Source of the DNA: Clostridia bacterium
Lineage (GTDB): Bacteria; Bacillota; Clostridia; Oscillospirales; CAG-272
Assembly (NCBI GenBank): GCA_017961575.1
Contig: JAGCXA010000044.1
Span: 5,705-69,704 of the forward strand
Reading direction: 5' to 3'
Length of the DNA: 64,000 bases
Shown here: in pieces, positions 52,911-61,078 of the stretch
Layout of the letters: each line of letters starts with the position of its first letter
Position numbering within the stretch: the first letter of the stretch is position 1
Translations under genes and position numbers: made by a program
The notes under the pieces: model-generated
What the model saw: only the letters and a program-made list of their open reading frames with translations
The model's database searches: none
What the model was told of the DNA's origin: nothing

Positions 52911-55148
52911 ATGCATGAGAGTTTAACGATTAAGCCGTATGCAAGATTGCTCACAATGTTAGGTGATCAATTGATAAAGAACGAATTGATTGCTCTTTCA
53001 GAATTGATAAAGAACTCCTATGATGCGGACGCTTCATGGGTCAGAGTATCTTTTGTCGATTTCGAAGAAGATTTCACGAAAAAACCAACTTCGAAGATTA
53101 TCATCGAAGACGATGGAAACGGGATGGATTCTGGTATATTAAAAAAGCATTGGCTGAATCCTGCTACTCCCGAGAAATTAAAAAAGAAAAAGAAAAATAC
53201 AACTACTCAGTTAGGACGGGTTTTGCAAGGAGAAAAAGGAATCGGGCGTTTCGCTATTTTCAAACTCGGGAAAACCATCACTATAACAACTCGTAGACAG
53301 TTACAAGATGACAAAGGCGTTTTTGTCGAGGGTGGAGATGATCATGAGTATGTTTTGAAATATGATTTTTCAAAATATGATGAAGATTTCATTACTGAAG
53401 ATGGTGAAGAAAAGGATCTGTTTTTAGATAATCTTAGTGTCTCTTTGGATACAATTCAACCGGCTTCGATTGTTAGCAAAGAAATAGTTTTGGGCTCTGT
53501 AAAAAAAACAAGGAAACCGCACGGAACCATAATTGAAATATCGGATTTAAAAACCAGTTGGACAAGGGCCAGAGTCGAAAAAATACAAAAAGAAGTTGGG
53601 AAACTTCAACCGATTTTTGCAGACAAAGGCGGCTCAGATTTTTCTGTTTGGATTTGCAAAAATGAAGATTTAGTGGGGGGATACGATTCATACAAAGAAA
53701 AACTGAACAAATGTTTACAAAACAAATCTGTTTTTAGAATTAAAAAGGGAGTATTTAATTGCGAATCGAAACTGATATCTTTTGAAATAAACGAACAACC
53801 CATAAAACTAAGTTTTCAAGATCCGGAGATTAGAGGTCTGGATACTTTTACTAAGCACTTTAAAGATTTGAAGAGGAATCTTGAATGTGGAGATTTTTCT
53901 TTCGAATTTTATATTTTTGATCTTAATTCGAACTCTATCGAAAAAACAAAATACTATCTAGATAAAGAAGAAGTTGATTTAATTAAAGAACACCGAATCT
54001 ATCTATATAGAGACGGTCTAAGAGTTATGCCATACGGAGACCCATCTGATGATTGGCTTGGAATCGATATCGCGCGAGGAACGATTCGCGCCACCGAGTT
54101 TTTAAGTAACGACCAGGTTGTTGGATGCGTATATATAACTCAAAAGAATAATCCATTATTGCGAGACAAAACCAACAGAGAAGGACTCATTGACGAAGGT
54201 AATGCTTTAGATGACTTCATCAGTGTGCTTCAAGTTATTTTGCGATACCTTCGTTGCAAGCCTTTTGCGCAGTATCTGATTGAAAAAAACAAAAAAGCAG
54301 AGATTGATAGAATCAAAAAAGGGCTTCCTTCAGAACTCATTGAAACCGCAAAAAAGAAGTTCGAAGGAGATGACAAGGCGTTAAACTTTCTTAAGTCATT
54401 TGAATCAAGCTATTCTCAGGAAAAACGAGTTTATGAGGAGCGCATTAAAAAGACTGAAAACCTCGCTGCAGTAGGACTTTCAGTTGAAACGGCTTCTCAC
54501 GATATGATGATTTTCTTAAGAAGAGGTTTGGAAGCCCTGGATGGAATAATACGAGAATTATCGTTTGGTGAAGAGATTGATAAAGATCATCTTGTGGAAA
54601 GATTAACGCTCATAAAAGGCAATTTTTCTATTATAGAAAGTCAAATGAAGGATGTTCAACTCCTTTTCCCCTCGACAAAGTCCAAAACAAAAAATATTGA
54701 TGTTAATGATATTATGGATAAGGTTTATAATCTTTATAGACGCGCATGCAACGAGAATAACATCAATGTTCATTTTGCCAAAACCAGCAAGCCCCTTATT
54801 GTGAAAACTACGGATGCAGTTTTATTGCAAGTTTTTATTAATCTGTTTGACAATTCGCTATATTGGTTGAAAACGGTCAATAGGGAAAGGAATATTCTGA
54901 TTACAATCGATGGCGACAATCAAAGATTGATCTTTTCTGACAATGGACCAGGCGTAAGAGAAGAAGACAAGAATTATATTTTTGAAGCTTTTTATTCAGG
55001 AAAAGGACAAGATGGACGCGGATTAGGTTTATATATAGCGAGACAACTATTAGATCGTTATGATTATTCCATTGACGTGGCAGAGTTTTCCACCGATAAA
55101 AAACTTCCTGGTGCAAACTTTGTTTTGGAATTCATTAGAGAGGTGTAA
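52911..55148 (+). CDS. Cytoplasmic dual-GHKL protein: an N-terminal MORC/Hsp90-like ATPase domain plus a C-terminal histidine-kinase transmitter (DHp + CA)
   Basis: The ATG at 52911 follows GGGAGG, giving 745 aa. The N-terminal Bergerat motifs are ELIKNSYDA (aa 31-39), DDGNGM (67-72) and GEKGIGRFA (107-115). The C-terminal motifs are the H-box ETASHDMM (His530), the N-box NLFDNSLYW (aa 644-652), G1 SDNGPGV, F FEAFYSG and G2 GRGLGLYIARQL. No hydrophobic TM segment is seen. Confidence 0.75.
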   Translation: MHESLTIKPYARLLTMLGDQLIKNELIALSELIKNSYDADASWVRVSFVDFEEDFTKKPTSKIIIEDDGNGMDSGILKKHWLNPATPEKLKKKKKNTTTQLGRVLQGEKGIGRFAIFKLGKTITITTRRQLQDDKGVFVEGGDDHEYVLKYDFSKYDEDFITEDGEEKDLFLDNLSVSLDTIQPASIVSKEIVLGSVKKTRKPHGTIIEISDLKTSWTRARVEKIQKEVGKLQPIFADKGGSDFSVWICKNEDLVGGYDSYKEKLNKCLQNKSVFRIKKGVFNCESKLISFEINEQPIKLSFQDPEIRGLDTFTKHFKDLKRNLECGDFSFEFYIFDLNSNSIEKTKYYLDKEEVDLIKEHRIYLYRDGLRVMPYGDPSDDWLGIDIARGTIRATEFLSNDQVVGCVYITQKNNPLLRDKTNREGLIDEGNALDDFISVLQVILRYLRCKPFAQYLIEKNKKAEIDRIKKGLPSELIETAKKKFEGDDKALNFLKSFESSYSQEKRVYEERIKKTENLAAVGLSVETASHDMMIFLRRGLEALDGIIRELSFGEEIDKDHLVERLTLIKGNFSIIESQMKDVQLLFPSTKSKTKNIDVNDIMDKVYNLYRRACNENNINVHFAKTSKPLIVKTTDAVLLQVFINLFDNSLYWLKTVNRERNILITIDGDNQRLIFSDNGPGVREEDKNYIFEAFYSGKGQDGRGLGLYIARQLLDRYDYSIDVAEFSTDKKLPGANFVLEFIREV

Positions 55149-55152
55149 AAAA

Positions 55153-56505
55153 ATGGATGTAAAAAGGTTTTTTAATGGAGTTGCAGTAATAATTGATGAT
55201 CAAATAGACGATAAAGAGTCAGAGATATATCAGATAAGGAACAATTTGATTAATAACAATATTCCAGTTCTTCCATTTGATCGCGTTCCATCACAAGAGA
55301 TTATTTCTTCTTTGTCTTCTGTTTCTTTTATAATACTCGATTGGGATTTTTTCCATGGGATTATTGGGAATGCAAATGGGGACGAACTTGATCCTGGAAT
55401 CATTCTGCCAGAAGAGTTAGGCAAAGAAGAAGAGAATCGCTTAATTACTTTCATTAGAAAACTGCTCAAATCAATTTTTGTACCGATTTTCATTTTTACA
55501 TCCAAACCTATTGATGGTATTCAATCGAAGCTAGTTAATGAATCGTTGTACTTTCAAGATAAGCCCAATAGACTCTTCATTAAAAGCAAAGGAGAAGTTT
55601 TAACAGAAGATGATCTTTTTGCCACTCTTGATGATTGGTTGAACGATTCGCCTTCTGCTTATGTTCTCAAAGCATGGAACGAAACAATCGTTGAGGCTCG
55701 CAATGATACATTTATTGAATTATACAATTGTTCGCCAAACTGGGTTAAACTTATTTGGGAAACTATAAAGAATGATAGTATTGACAGTCAGGAAGAATTT
55801 GGGGCTTTTTTAACTAAAAATTTAATCAACCATATCAAGGGATATAGTTTTCAAGAAGAAGTTTTAGACAGAAGTGTTGACGGAAATAATGAAAAAGATA
55901 TTATAAGTATTATTGAAAAAGAGCGTTTTGTACGCTATGAGAGTCAACCCAACCAAGCATATACAGGCGATTTGTTTAAAATATCCGGCGGGAAATACTT
56001 TTTAAATATTCGTGCTCAGTGCGATTTATCACGTATCAAAAAACAAACCAATGAATATGCCCCCGAACTTTTTGGCATTGAAGGAGAAGTTCTTAATAGC
56101 AAAGATATTGTTTCTAGTGACATTAGGTTAACTAGTGAAGGACAATTGGTTTTTGAGAACCAAGAACCGTTTTCTTTAGATGCATTAAGCGAAATCTGTC
56201 GCAATGATGAAGAGCTTATCGCTTTTAACGGAAAATTTCGGCGCTATAGAAACAAAGTATTCTTCCAAAATGGAACATTTATTGGCAGGTCAGATAAAAT
56301 AATAATATGTTGCATTGACGGAAAAAGAATCCTCCAATTTGATTTAAATCTAAAATGCCGTTCATTTGCAGAGATAAAAGATAAAAGAGTTGGTCGAATT
56401 TTGCCACCATATATAACTCAAATACAGCAAAAGTGTTCGGCATACCTAATTAGAGAAGGCACCATTCCTACACCACAAAAGATTATTGAGGATTTTTCCA
56501 ATTGA
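55153..56505 (+). CDS. Receiver (CheY-like) domain protein with an unknown ~300-aa C-terminal domain (candidate effector)
   Basis: The ATG at 55153 gives 450 aa. Receiver landmarks are VAVIIDDQ (D15,D16), SFIILDWDF (D63), IFIFTS (T116) and DKP (K137-P138), with CheY-like T-to-K spacing. The C-terminal two-thirds have no motif I can name. Confidence 0.65.
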   Translation: MDVKRFFNGVAVIIDDQIDDKESEIYQIRNNLINNNIPVLPFDRVPSQEIISSLSSVSFIILDWDFFHGIIGNANGDELDPGIILPEELGKEEENRLITFIRKLLKSIFVPIFIFTSKPIDGIQSKLVNESLYFQDKPNRLFIKSKGEVLTEDDLFATLDDWLNDSPSAYVLKAWNETIVEARNDTFIELYNCSPNWVKLIWETIKNDSIDSQEEFGAFLTKNLINHIKGYSFQEEVLDRSVDGNNEKDIISIIEKERFVRYESQPNQAYTGDLFKISGGKYFLNIRAQCDLSRIKKQTNEYAPELFGIEGEVLNSKDIVSSDIRLTSEGQLVFENQEPFSLDALSEICRNDEELIAFNGKFRRYRNKVFFQNGTFIGRSDKIIICCIDGKRILQFDLNLKCRSFAEIKDKRVGRILPPYITQIQQKCSAYLIREGTIPTPQKIIEDFSN

Positions 56506-56547
56506 ATAATGGGTCGCATCACTGATACAGTGATGCGACCCATTATT
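56505..56547 (+). terminator. Perfect 20-bp hairpin immediately after the three-gene operon
   Basis: aataatgggtcgcatcactg-ata-cagtgatgcgacccattatt starts in the stop codon. No clear T-run follows, so it may act as an mRNA-stabilising or terminating element. Confidence 0.55.
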
Positions 56548-56820
56548 CAAGCATTTTCAAACCCTTCAAAGACTGATGAGTTTTTGGAATTCAGCTTGGA
56601 AGACAGGTACTGTCTTTTCAGAATTTGTTCTTGATTAAGCTCGAATCATCGGAAGGAACACAAATGACCAACTGGCTTTGGCGTAAGTGAACAAAAAGCA
56701 AGAGACTTTCTTGACGTATAGTGATAAAAAAGAAAAACAACTTATCAATATACTGGATGAATTGCAAAGATAGCAAGAACGCGGGCTCCGAATTGCTTTC
56801 AGAGTCCGCGTCTTCTTTTA

Positions 56821-57258
56821 CTATAGGTCCTTCTCCATCCGGATACACTGGAAGGTGTCGCCCTGGATCGGGGTGGGATTGGTGACCGTGAAGCCGAGTT
56901 TTTGATAGAAGCCGACTGCGGTCTCGCGGCTGTTGACAACGATATGCGAAAAGCCGAGATCCCGGATCCACGCTTCGGCTTCGTTCACCACGCGGCGGCC
57001 GAGTTCACGCCCGCGGTATTCCGGCAGAACGACCACCCGCCCGATCAAAGCGGACGTTTCGTCGATCGGATTGATCCGGCAGGTCGCGACGGGGAACTCG
57101 TCGTCGGTCAGCACGATATACTTCGTCTCCGGCGTGTCCTTGTCATCAAACTCCCGCCGCAGCGTGATCCCGTGTTGTTTCGCCATCCCCGCGATCCGCA
57201 CGTAGTACGCTCCGGCTTGCTGCCACGTCTCGGCGGCTCTGATCACTTGGAGGTTCAT
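56821..57258 (-). CDS. GNAT-family N-acetyltransferase (YjcF-like)
   Basis: The 145-aa ORF has the acetyl-CoA motif …IGRVVVLPEYRGRELGRRVVNEAE…FYQKLGF…. It is conspicuously GC-rich relative to its AT-rich surroundings. Confidence 0.8.
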   Translation of the reverse strand: MNLQVIRAAETWQQAGAYYVRIAGMAKQHGITLRREFDDKDTPETKYIVLTDDEFPVATCRINPIDETSALIGRVVVLPEYRGRELGRRVVNEAEAWIRDLGFSHIVVNSRETAVGFYQKLGFTVTNPTPIQGDTFQCIRMEKDL

Positions 57259-57303
57259 AATTGGTTTTCTTTGATTCCTTTAGCGATAATACCCGTTAAA
57301 GAC

Positions 57304-57465
57304 TTACTTAACGTTCCAGGTGGAAAGAACAATCATTAACAAATCATTTGGATTCATTGCTTTGTCAACCGCTTGCTTTAGCAGTTCTTTCTGTTCCTTT
57401 GAGAACGGTCGATTACTGTTTTCAATACAGAGTTTGCAAAAAAGTTTAATCTGTTGTTCGGTCAT
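57304..57465 (-). CDS. Small hypothetical protein (53 aa), not in the ORF track
   Basis: It encodes MTEQQIKLFCKLCIENSNRPFSKEQKELLKQAVDKAMNPNDLLMIVLSTWNVK. AGGTGA lies upstream of the ATG, and the sequence is AT-rich. Confidence 0.3.
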   Translation of the reverse strand: MTEQQIKLFCKLCIENSNRPFSKEQKELLKQAVDKAMNPNDLLMIVLSTWNVK

Positions 57466-57652
57466 TTCTTTTTCTCACCTTTTTGAATTGAATCACTTTT
57501 TGATAGAGTTTTCCTCTAATCGGTTGCTATTCTACCATATATGTTGAGAAGAGTCAAGTGCTCATTTGATGCGGTTTTCTAGTTGATTGGAGATTCGAAC
57601 AAGGAAGTGAACCAGATTTGAAAGAAACCATCGATTGTTACTCATAGTCCGT

Positions 57653-57688
57653 TGAATCAAAATCCGTTGACGGTTATAATGATTATAG
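57653..57688 (+). promoter_or_regulatory. Promoter and candidate C-box operator of the R-M controller gene
   Basis: TTGAAT (57653-57658), a 17-nt spacer and TATAAT (57676-57681) form the promoter. The 13-nt perfect palindrome TATAATgATTATA (57676-57688) overlaps the -10. The direct repeat TCCGTTGA x2 (57649-57656 and 57664-57671) overlaps the -35 region. Confidence 0.5.
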
Positions 57689-57722
57689 ATATTTGTAAAA
57701 TAGTGTCGGAGGACTCCTAAGT

Positions 57723-57932
57723 ATGATTACAAAAGATTTAGGGAAGCGTCTGCAAGAACTCAGAAAAGAGAAAACCGGTCTGTCTCAGGAGAAGTTTGCG
57801 TTCAAGATTGAGATGGACCGTACTTATTATGCGTCCGTCGAAGCCGGCAGGCGAAACATCTCCATTATCAATATCAAGAAGATCGCCGACGGACTGGGGA
57901 TCTCACTTAGCGAACTGTTTGAGGGATTATAA
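57723..57932 (+). CDS. XRE-family HTH protein in the position of an R-M controller (C) protein
   Basis: The 69-aa ORF encodes …LRKEKTGLSQEKFAFKIEMDRTYYASVEAGRRNISIINIKKIADGLGISLSELF. It has C-protein-like size and sits directly upstream of the methyltransferase genes. The RBS is GGAGGA. Confidence 0.7.
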   Translation: MITKDLGKRLQELRKEKTGLSQEKFAFKIEMDRTYYASVEAGRRNISIINIKKIADGLGISLSELFEGL

Positions 57933-57963
57933 TTTTCGCCGCTCAGAACGTGTGCCCAAGAAT

Positions 57964-58902
57964 ATGAAAGTATGTAGTTTGTTTAGCGGAATCGGCGGCA
58001 TCGATCTTGGTTTCATTCAAGCAGGATTTGAGGTCGTATGGGCGAATGAAAAAGATCCTGCCGCTTGTAGAACGTATCGTCACAATTTTGGTGATGCAAG
58101 CCTAGTAGAAGGAGATATAACCAAAATCCCCGCCTCCGCTATACCGGATTTTGACGTTCTCGTTGCGGGCTTTCCGTGTCAGCCTTTTTCTATAGCCGGG
58201 AAACAACGCGGCTTTGAAGACAAAAGAGGCAACTTGTTTTTTGAAATAACGCGAATCATTGACGCCAAACGCCCCAAAACGATTTTCCTTGAAAACGTAC
58301 CCAATTTGGTCGAACACGACGATGGTCGAACGTTTCTTGTTATTTTTAACTCGCTCGCTCAGTTTGGCTATAACGTGTATTACCGGGTTATGTCTGCAAA
58401 CGAATACGGCAACATCCCGCAGGCGAGAAAACGGATTTATATTGTCGCCGTTCACGAGAGTCTGAACGTTCACTATACACATCCAGACGTAGTTGAATTA
58501 AAGGTTGGCGTAAACAGCATAGTAGATCGGTCAAATCGTAAGAAAGATATCTACTACTATAAAGAGGGTCCTTTCCTAGATCAGATTCGTAACGTGGTTC
58601 AGAATAAAACAATAATTTACGGTATTCACGATGATCGTCCTCAACCAATGAAAAACGGTCTTTGTCCAACGTTAACGGCAGGTATGGGTACTCATGAGAA
58701 TAGAGTTCCAGTATTGGTTGACGATTTTGGCATAAGAAAATTAACTATCAGAGAGTGTCTCGATTTTCAGGGCTTTCCTAAAAGTTTTGCTTTCCCCAAC
58801 AATCTATCTTTGCAAGACGCATACAAACAAATAGGCAATTCTGTATGTGTTCCTCTTATAAAACGAATTGCCGTTAGTATTTTGAATTGCATATCCAATT
58901 GA
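57964..58902 (+). CDS. DNA (cytosine-5)-methyltransferase
   Basis: The ATG at 57964 gives MKVCSLFSGIGGIDLGF (motif I). Other motifs are GFPCQPFS (IV), ENVPNL (VI), QARKRIYIV (VIII) and IGNSVCVP (X). The listed ORF start at 57796 overlaps the C gene. Confidence 0.9.
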   Translation: MKVCSLFSGIGGIDLGFIQAGFEVVWANEKDPAACRTYRHNFGDASLVEGDITKIPASAIPDFDVLVAGFPCQPFSIAGKQRGFEDKRGNLFFEITRIIDAKRPKTIFLENVPNLVEHDDGRTFLVIFNSLAQFGYNVYYRVMSANEYGNIPQARKRIYIVAVHESLNVHYTHPDVVELKVGVNSIVDRSNRKKDIYYYKEGPFLDQIRNVVQNKTIIYGIHDDRPQPMKNGLCPTLTAGMGTHENRVPVLVDDFGIRKLTIRECLDFQGFPKSFAFPNNLSLQDAYKQIGNSVCVPLIKRIAVSILNCISN

Positions 58903-58926
58903 GAAGCGTTCTAGGAGGCTAAGAAC

Positions 58927-61074
58927 TTGATTAATGCGTTATCTTTATTTGCCGGTATTGGCGTCGGCGAATTCTATTTGGATCAGTGTGGTATAAACGT
59001 AGTGTTAGCAAACGAAATAGTGCGTTCTCGTGCAGAAGCGCATTCTATTCTTCATCCAAAATGCGAGGTGCTGACCGCAGATATTACCAAAGAAGAAACG
59101 CAAAATGAAATAATTAAAAAGAGCGTGGCGAAAAACGTAGAAATGGTAATCGCCACTCCTCCGTGCCAAGGTTTGAGCACCGCCGGTAGCAACAAGACCG
59201 AAGAATCGCTGCTGGACGATCCAAGGAACTTTTTAATCCTGTCCGCGCTAAAGATAGTCGACGCTTTGGCTCCAAAGTATTTTGTGATCGAAAACGTTCC
59301 GCGTTTTCAACAAATGCTTTTTCCTTATGAAAACAAGCTCGTTCGGTTGATCGATTTGTTAAAAGCCAAATACTCAGAGCAATATCACGTTAGAGTCGAC
59401 GTGTTCAACGCCGCGGAATATGGTGTTCCCCAAACGAGATTTCGCGTCGTCTATAGGTTGTGGAAAAAAGGATTTGCTTGGAATGATCCGAAGAAAAAGC
59501 CTATAGTAACGCTTAAAGACGCAATCGGCGACCTTCCGTCTCTTGAGCCTGGAGAAAAAAGCAGCATAAAAAACCATTATGCGTTGATGCATCCGCAAAA
59601 CCATATTGAATGTATGCGGCACACCCCTACCGGAAAGTCGGCTTTCAAAAACGAAGAGTTTTTCCCGAAAAAGCCGGATGGATCTAGAATTAAGGGTTAT
59701 GGTAATAGTTATAAACGTATGAGATGGGATGCACCAGCGCCTACTATTACTATGAGAAATGAAATCGTATCTTCGCAGGAGAACGTACATCCAGGCAGAC
59801 CGTTGGGTAACGGTGTGTGGAGCGACGCACGCGTTCTTACTCTTAGAGAGTTGCTGATCGTTTCCTCTCTTCCTGCAGATTTAGATAAACCCGAAAACTT
59901 AACCGAAACCGCGTTCAGACAGCTAATCGGCGAAGGTATTCCCCCGGTATTGATGAAAGAGATTATGAACGGTATAAACGATACTCAAGACAAAACCATT
60001 GCTTTATCAATGTTTTCCGGCGGCGGTATTGCGGAAACGTATTTTGAGAGCGTCGGCATTCACGTTGCAGTTGCTAACGAACTGTTGCCCGAAAGAGCAA
60101 AGTTTTATAGCCACGTTTATCCAAACACAAAAATGATCTGCGGTAGCATCGCAGATTCTTCCGTGTTTGAGAGCGTAATGACCGAAGCAAAAAACGCCGG
60201 TGTAAAGTTTATTTTAGCAACCCCCCCTTGCCAAGGGATGAGTACGTTGGGTAAACGTAATTATGAATCCGACAGCCGCAATTCTTTGATAAAATACGTG
60301 CTAAAGGCAATTGATAGACTTGATCCGGATTACGTTATGATTGAGAACGTTCCCAAATTTGTTGAGTTGCTTTACGACGAAGACGGAAGCACCTATTACG
60401 TAGATTCCGCCAAATCGAAACAACCGTATCGTATCGTTGAATTGCTCCAGAAAAGATTCGGGAGCAAGTATAACGTTGAAATGAAGATCCTTAACGCGAT
60501 GAATTACGGTGTTCCTCAGAGTCGCCCAAGAGTTATCATCAAGGTTTATAAGAAGGGGCTTTCTTGGAGTTGGCCGGAAGAAGATCAGCACGTTATCACC
60601 CTTCGAGAAGCAATTGGAGACCTACCATCTCTTGAGTCTGGAGAACGCTCGGGTATCAAATGGCATAACGCATTGCGTCACAACGCAAGACAGATTGAAG
60701 CGCTTCGTCACACTCCGGAAGGCAAGAGCGCAATGAAAAATGAGGTTTACTATCCGAAAAAAGCAGACGGGACAAGAGTTAAAGGCTTCCATAACACGTA
60801 TAACAGAATGCGTTGGGATGAACCTGCTCCCGCAAGAACGACAAACAATCACTTAATAAGCGGGCACAACAACGTTCATCCTGGAAGGCTTCTTCCCGAC
60901 GGCACGTGGAGCGACGCAAGAGTTCTTACGTTTAGAGAATTGGTAATCGTTTCATCTTTGCCTTTGGATTGGAATATTCCGAATGATTTTCCGGAAGCGG
61001 ATGTCCGTATTATCATCGGTGAAGCAATTCCGCCGCTCCTCAGCAAGAAGATTGCAGAACAAATCGGGAGGTAA
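58927..61074 (+). CDS. Tandem-fused double DNA (cytosine-5)-methyltransferase (two complete m5C catalytic modules)
   Basis: The 715-aa ORF has a TTG start after AGGAGG. Module 1 carries LFAGIGVGE, TPPCQGLS, ENVPRF and QTRFRV. Module 2 carries MFSGGGIAE, TPPCQGMS, ENVPKF and QSRPRV. The variable regions of both halves are closely similar (HTPTGKSAFKNEEFFPKK… and HTPEGKSAMKNEVYYPKK…). Confidence 0.9.
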   Translation: MINALSLFAGIGVGEFYLDQCGINVVLANEIVRSRAEAHSILHPKCEVLTADITKEETQNEIIKKSVAKNVEMVIATPPCQGLSTAGSNKTEESLLDDPRNFLILSALKIVDALAPKYFVIENVPRFQQMLFPYENKLVRLIDLLKAKYSEQYHVRVDVFNAAEYGVPQTRFRVVYRLWKKGFAWNDPKKKPIVTLKDAIGDLPSLEPGEKSSIKNHYALMHPQNHIECMRHTPTGKSAFKNEEFFPKKPDGSRIKGYGNSYKRMRWDAPAPTITMRNEIVSSQENVHPGRPLGNGVWSDARVLTLRELLIVSSLPADLDKPENLTETAFRQLIGEGIPPVLMKEIMNGINDTQDKTIALSMFSGGGIAETYFESVGIHVAVANELLPERAKFYSHVYPNTKMICGSIADSSVFESVMTEAKNAGVKFILATPPCQGMSTLGKRNYESDSRNSLIKYVLKAIDRLDPDYVMIENVPKFVELLYDEDGSTYYVDSAKSKQPYRIVELLQKRFGSKYNVEMKILNAMNYGVPQSRPRVIIKVYKKGLSWSWPEEDQHVITLREAIGDLPSLESGERSGIKWHNALRHNARQIEALRHTPEGKSAMKNEVYYPKKADGTRVKGFHNTYNRMRWDEPAPARTTNNHLISGHNNVHPGRLLPDGTWSDARVLTFRELVIVSSLPLDWNIPNDFPEADVRIIIGEAIPPLLSKKIAEQIGR

Positions 61075-61078
61075 GCGT

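Noticed and set aside
56618-57339. ORFs 56618..56971 (-), 56902..57339 (+) and 56933..57205 (+), which overlap the GNAT gene.
   Set aside because: They are out-of-frame or antisense shadows within the GC-rich cassette. Only the frame 56821..57258 (-) carries the acetyl-CoA-binding motif.
56821-57465. The GNAT gene plus the small upstream ORF, considered as a GNAT-toxin/RHH-antitoxin (TacAT/AtaRT-like) module because of the defence-island context.
   Set aside because: The GNAT aligns by eye with housekeeping YjcF-type acetyltransferases rather than with tRNA-acetylating toxins. The upstream 53-aa ORF has no RHH/DUF1778-like features and has a very different base composition from the GNAT gene.
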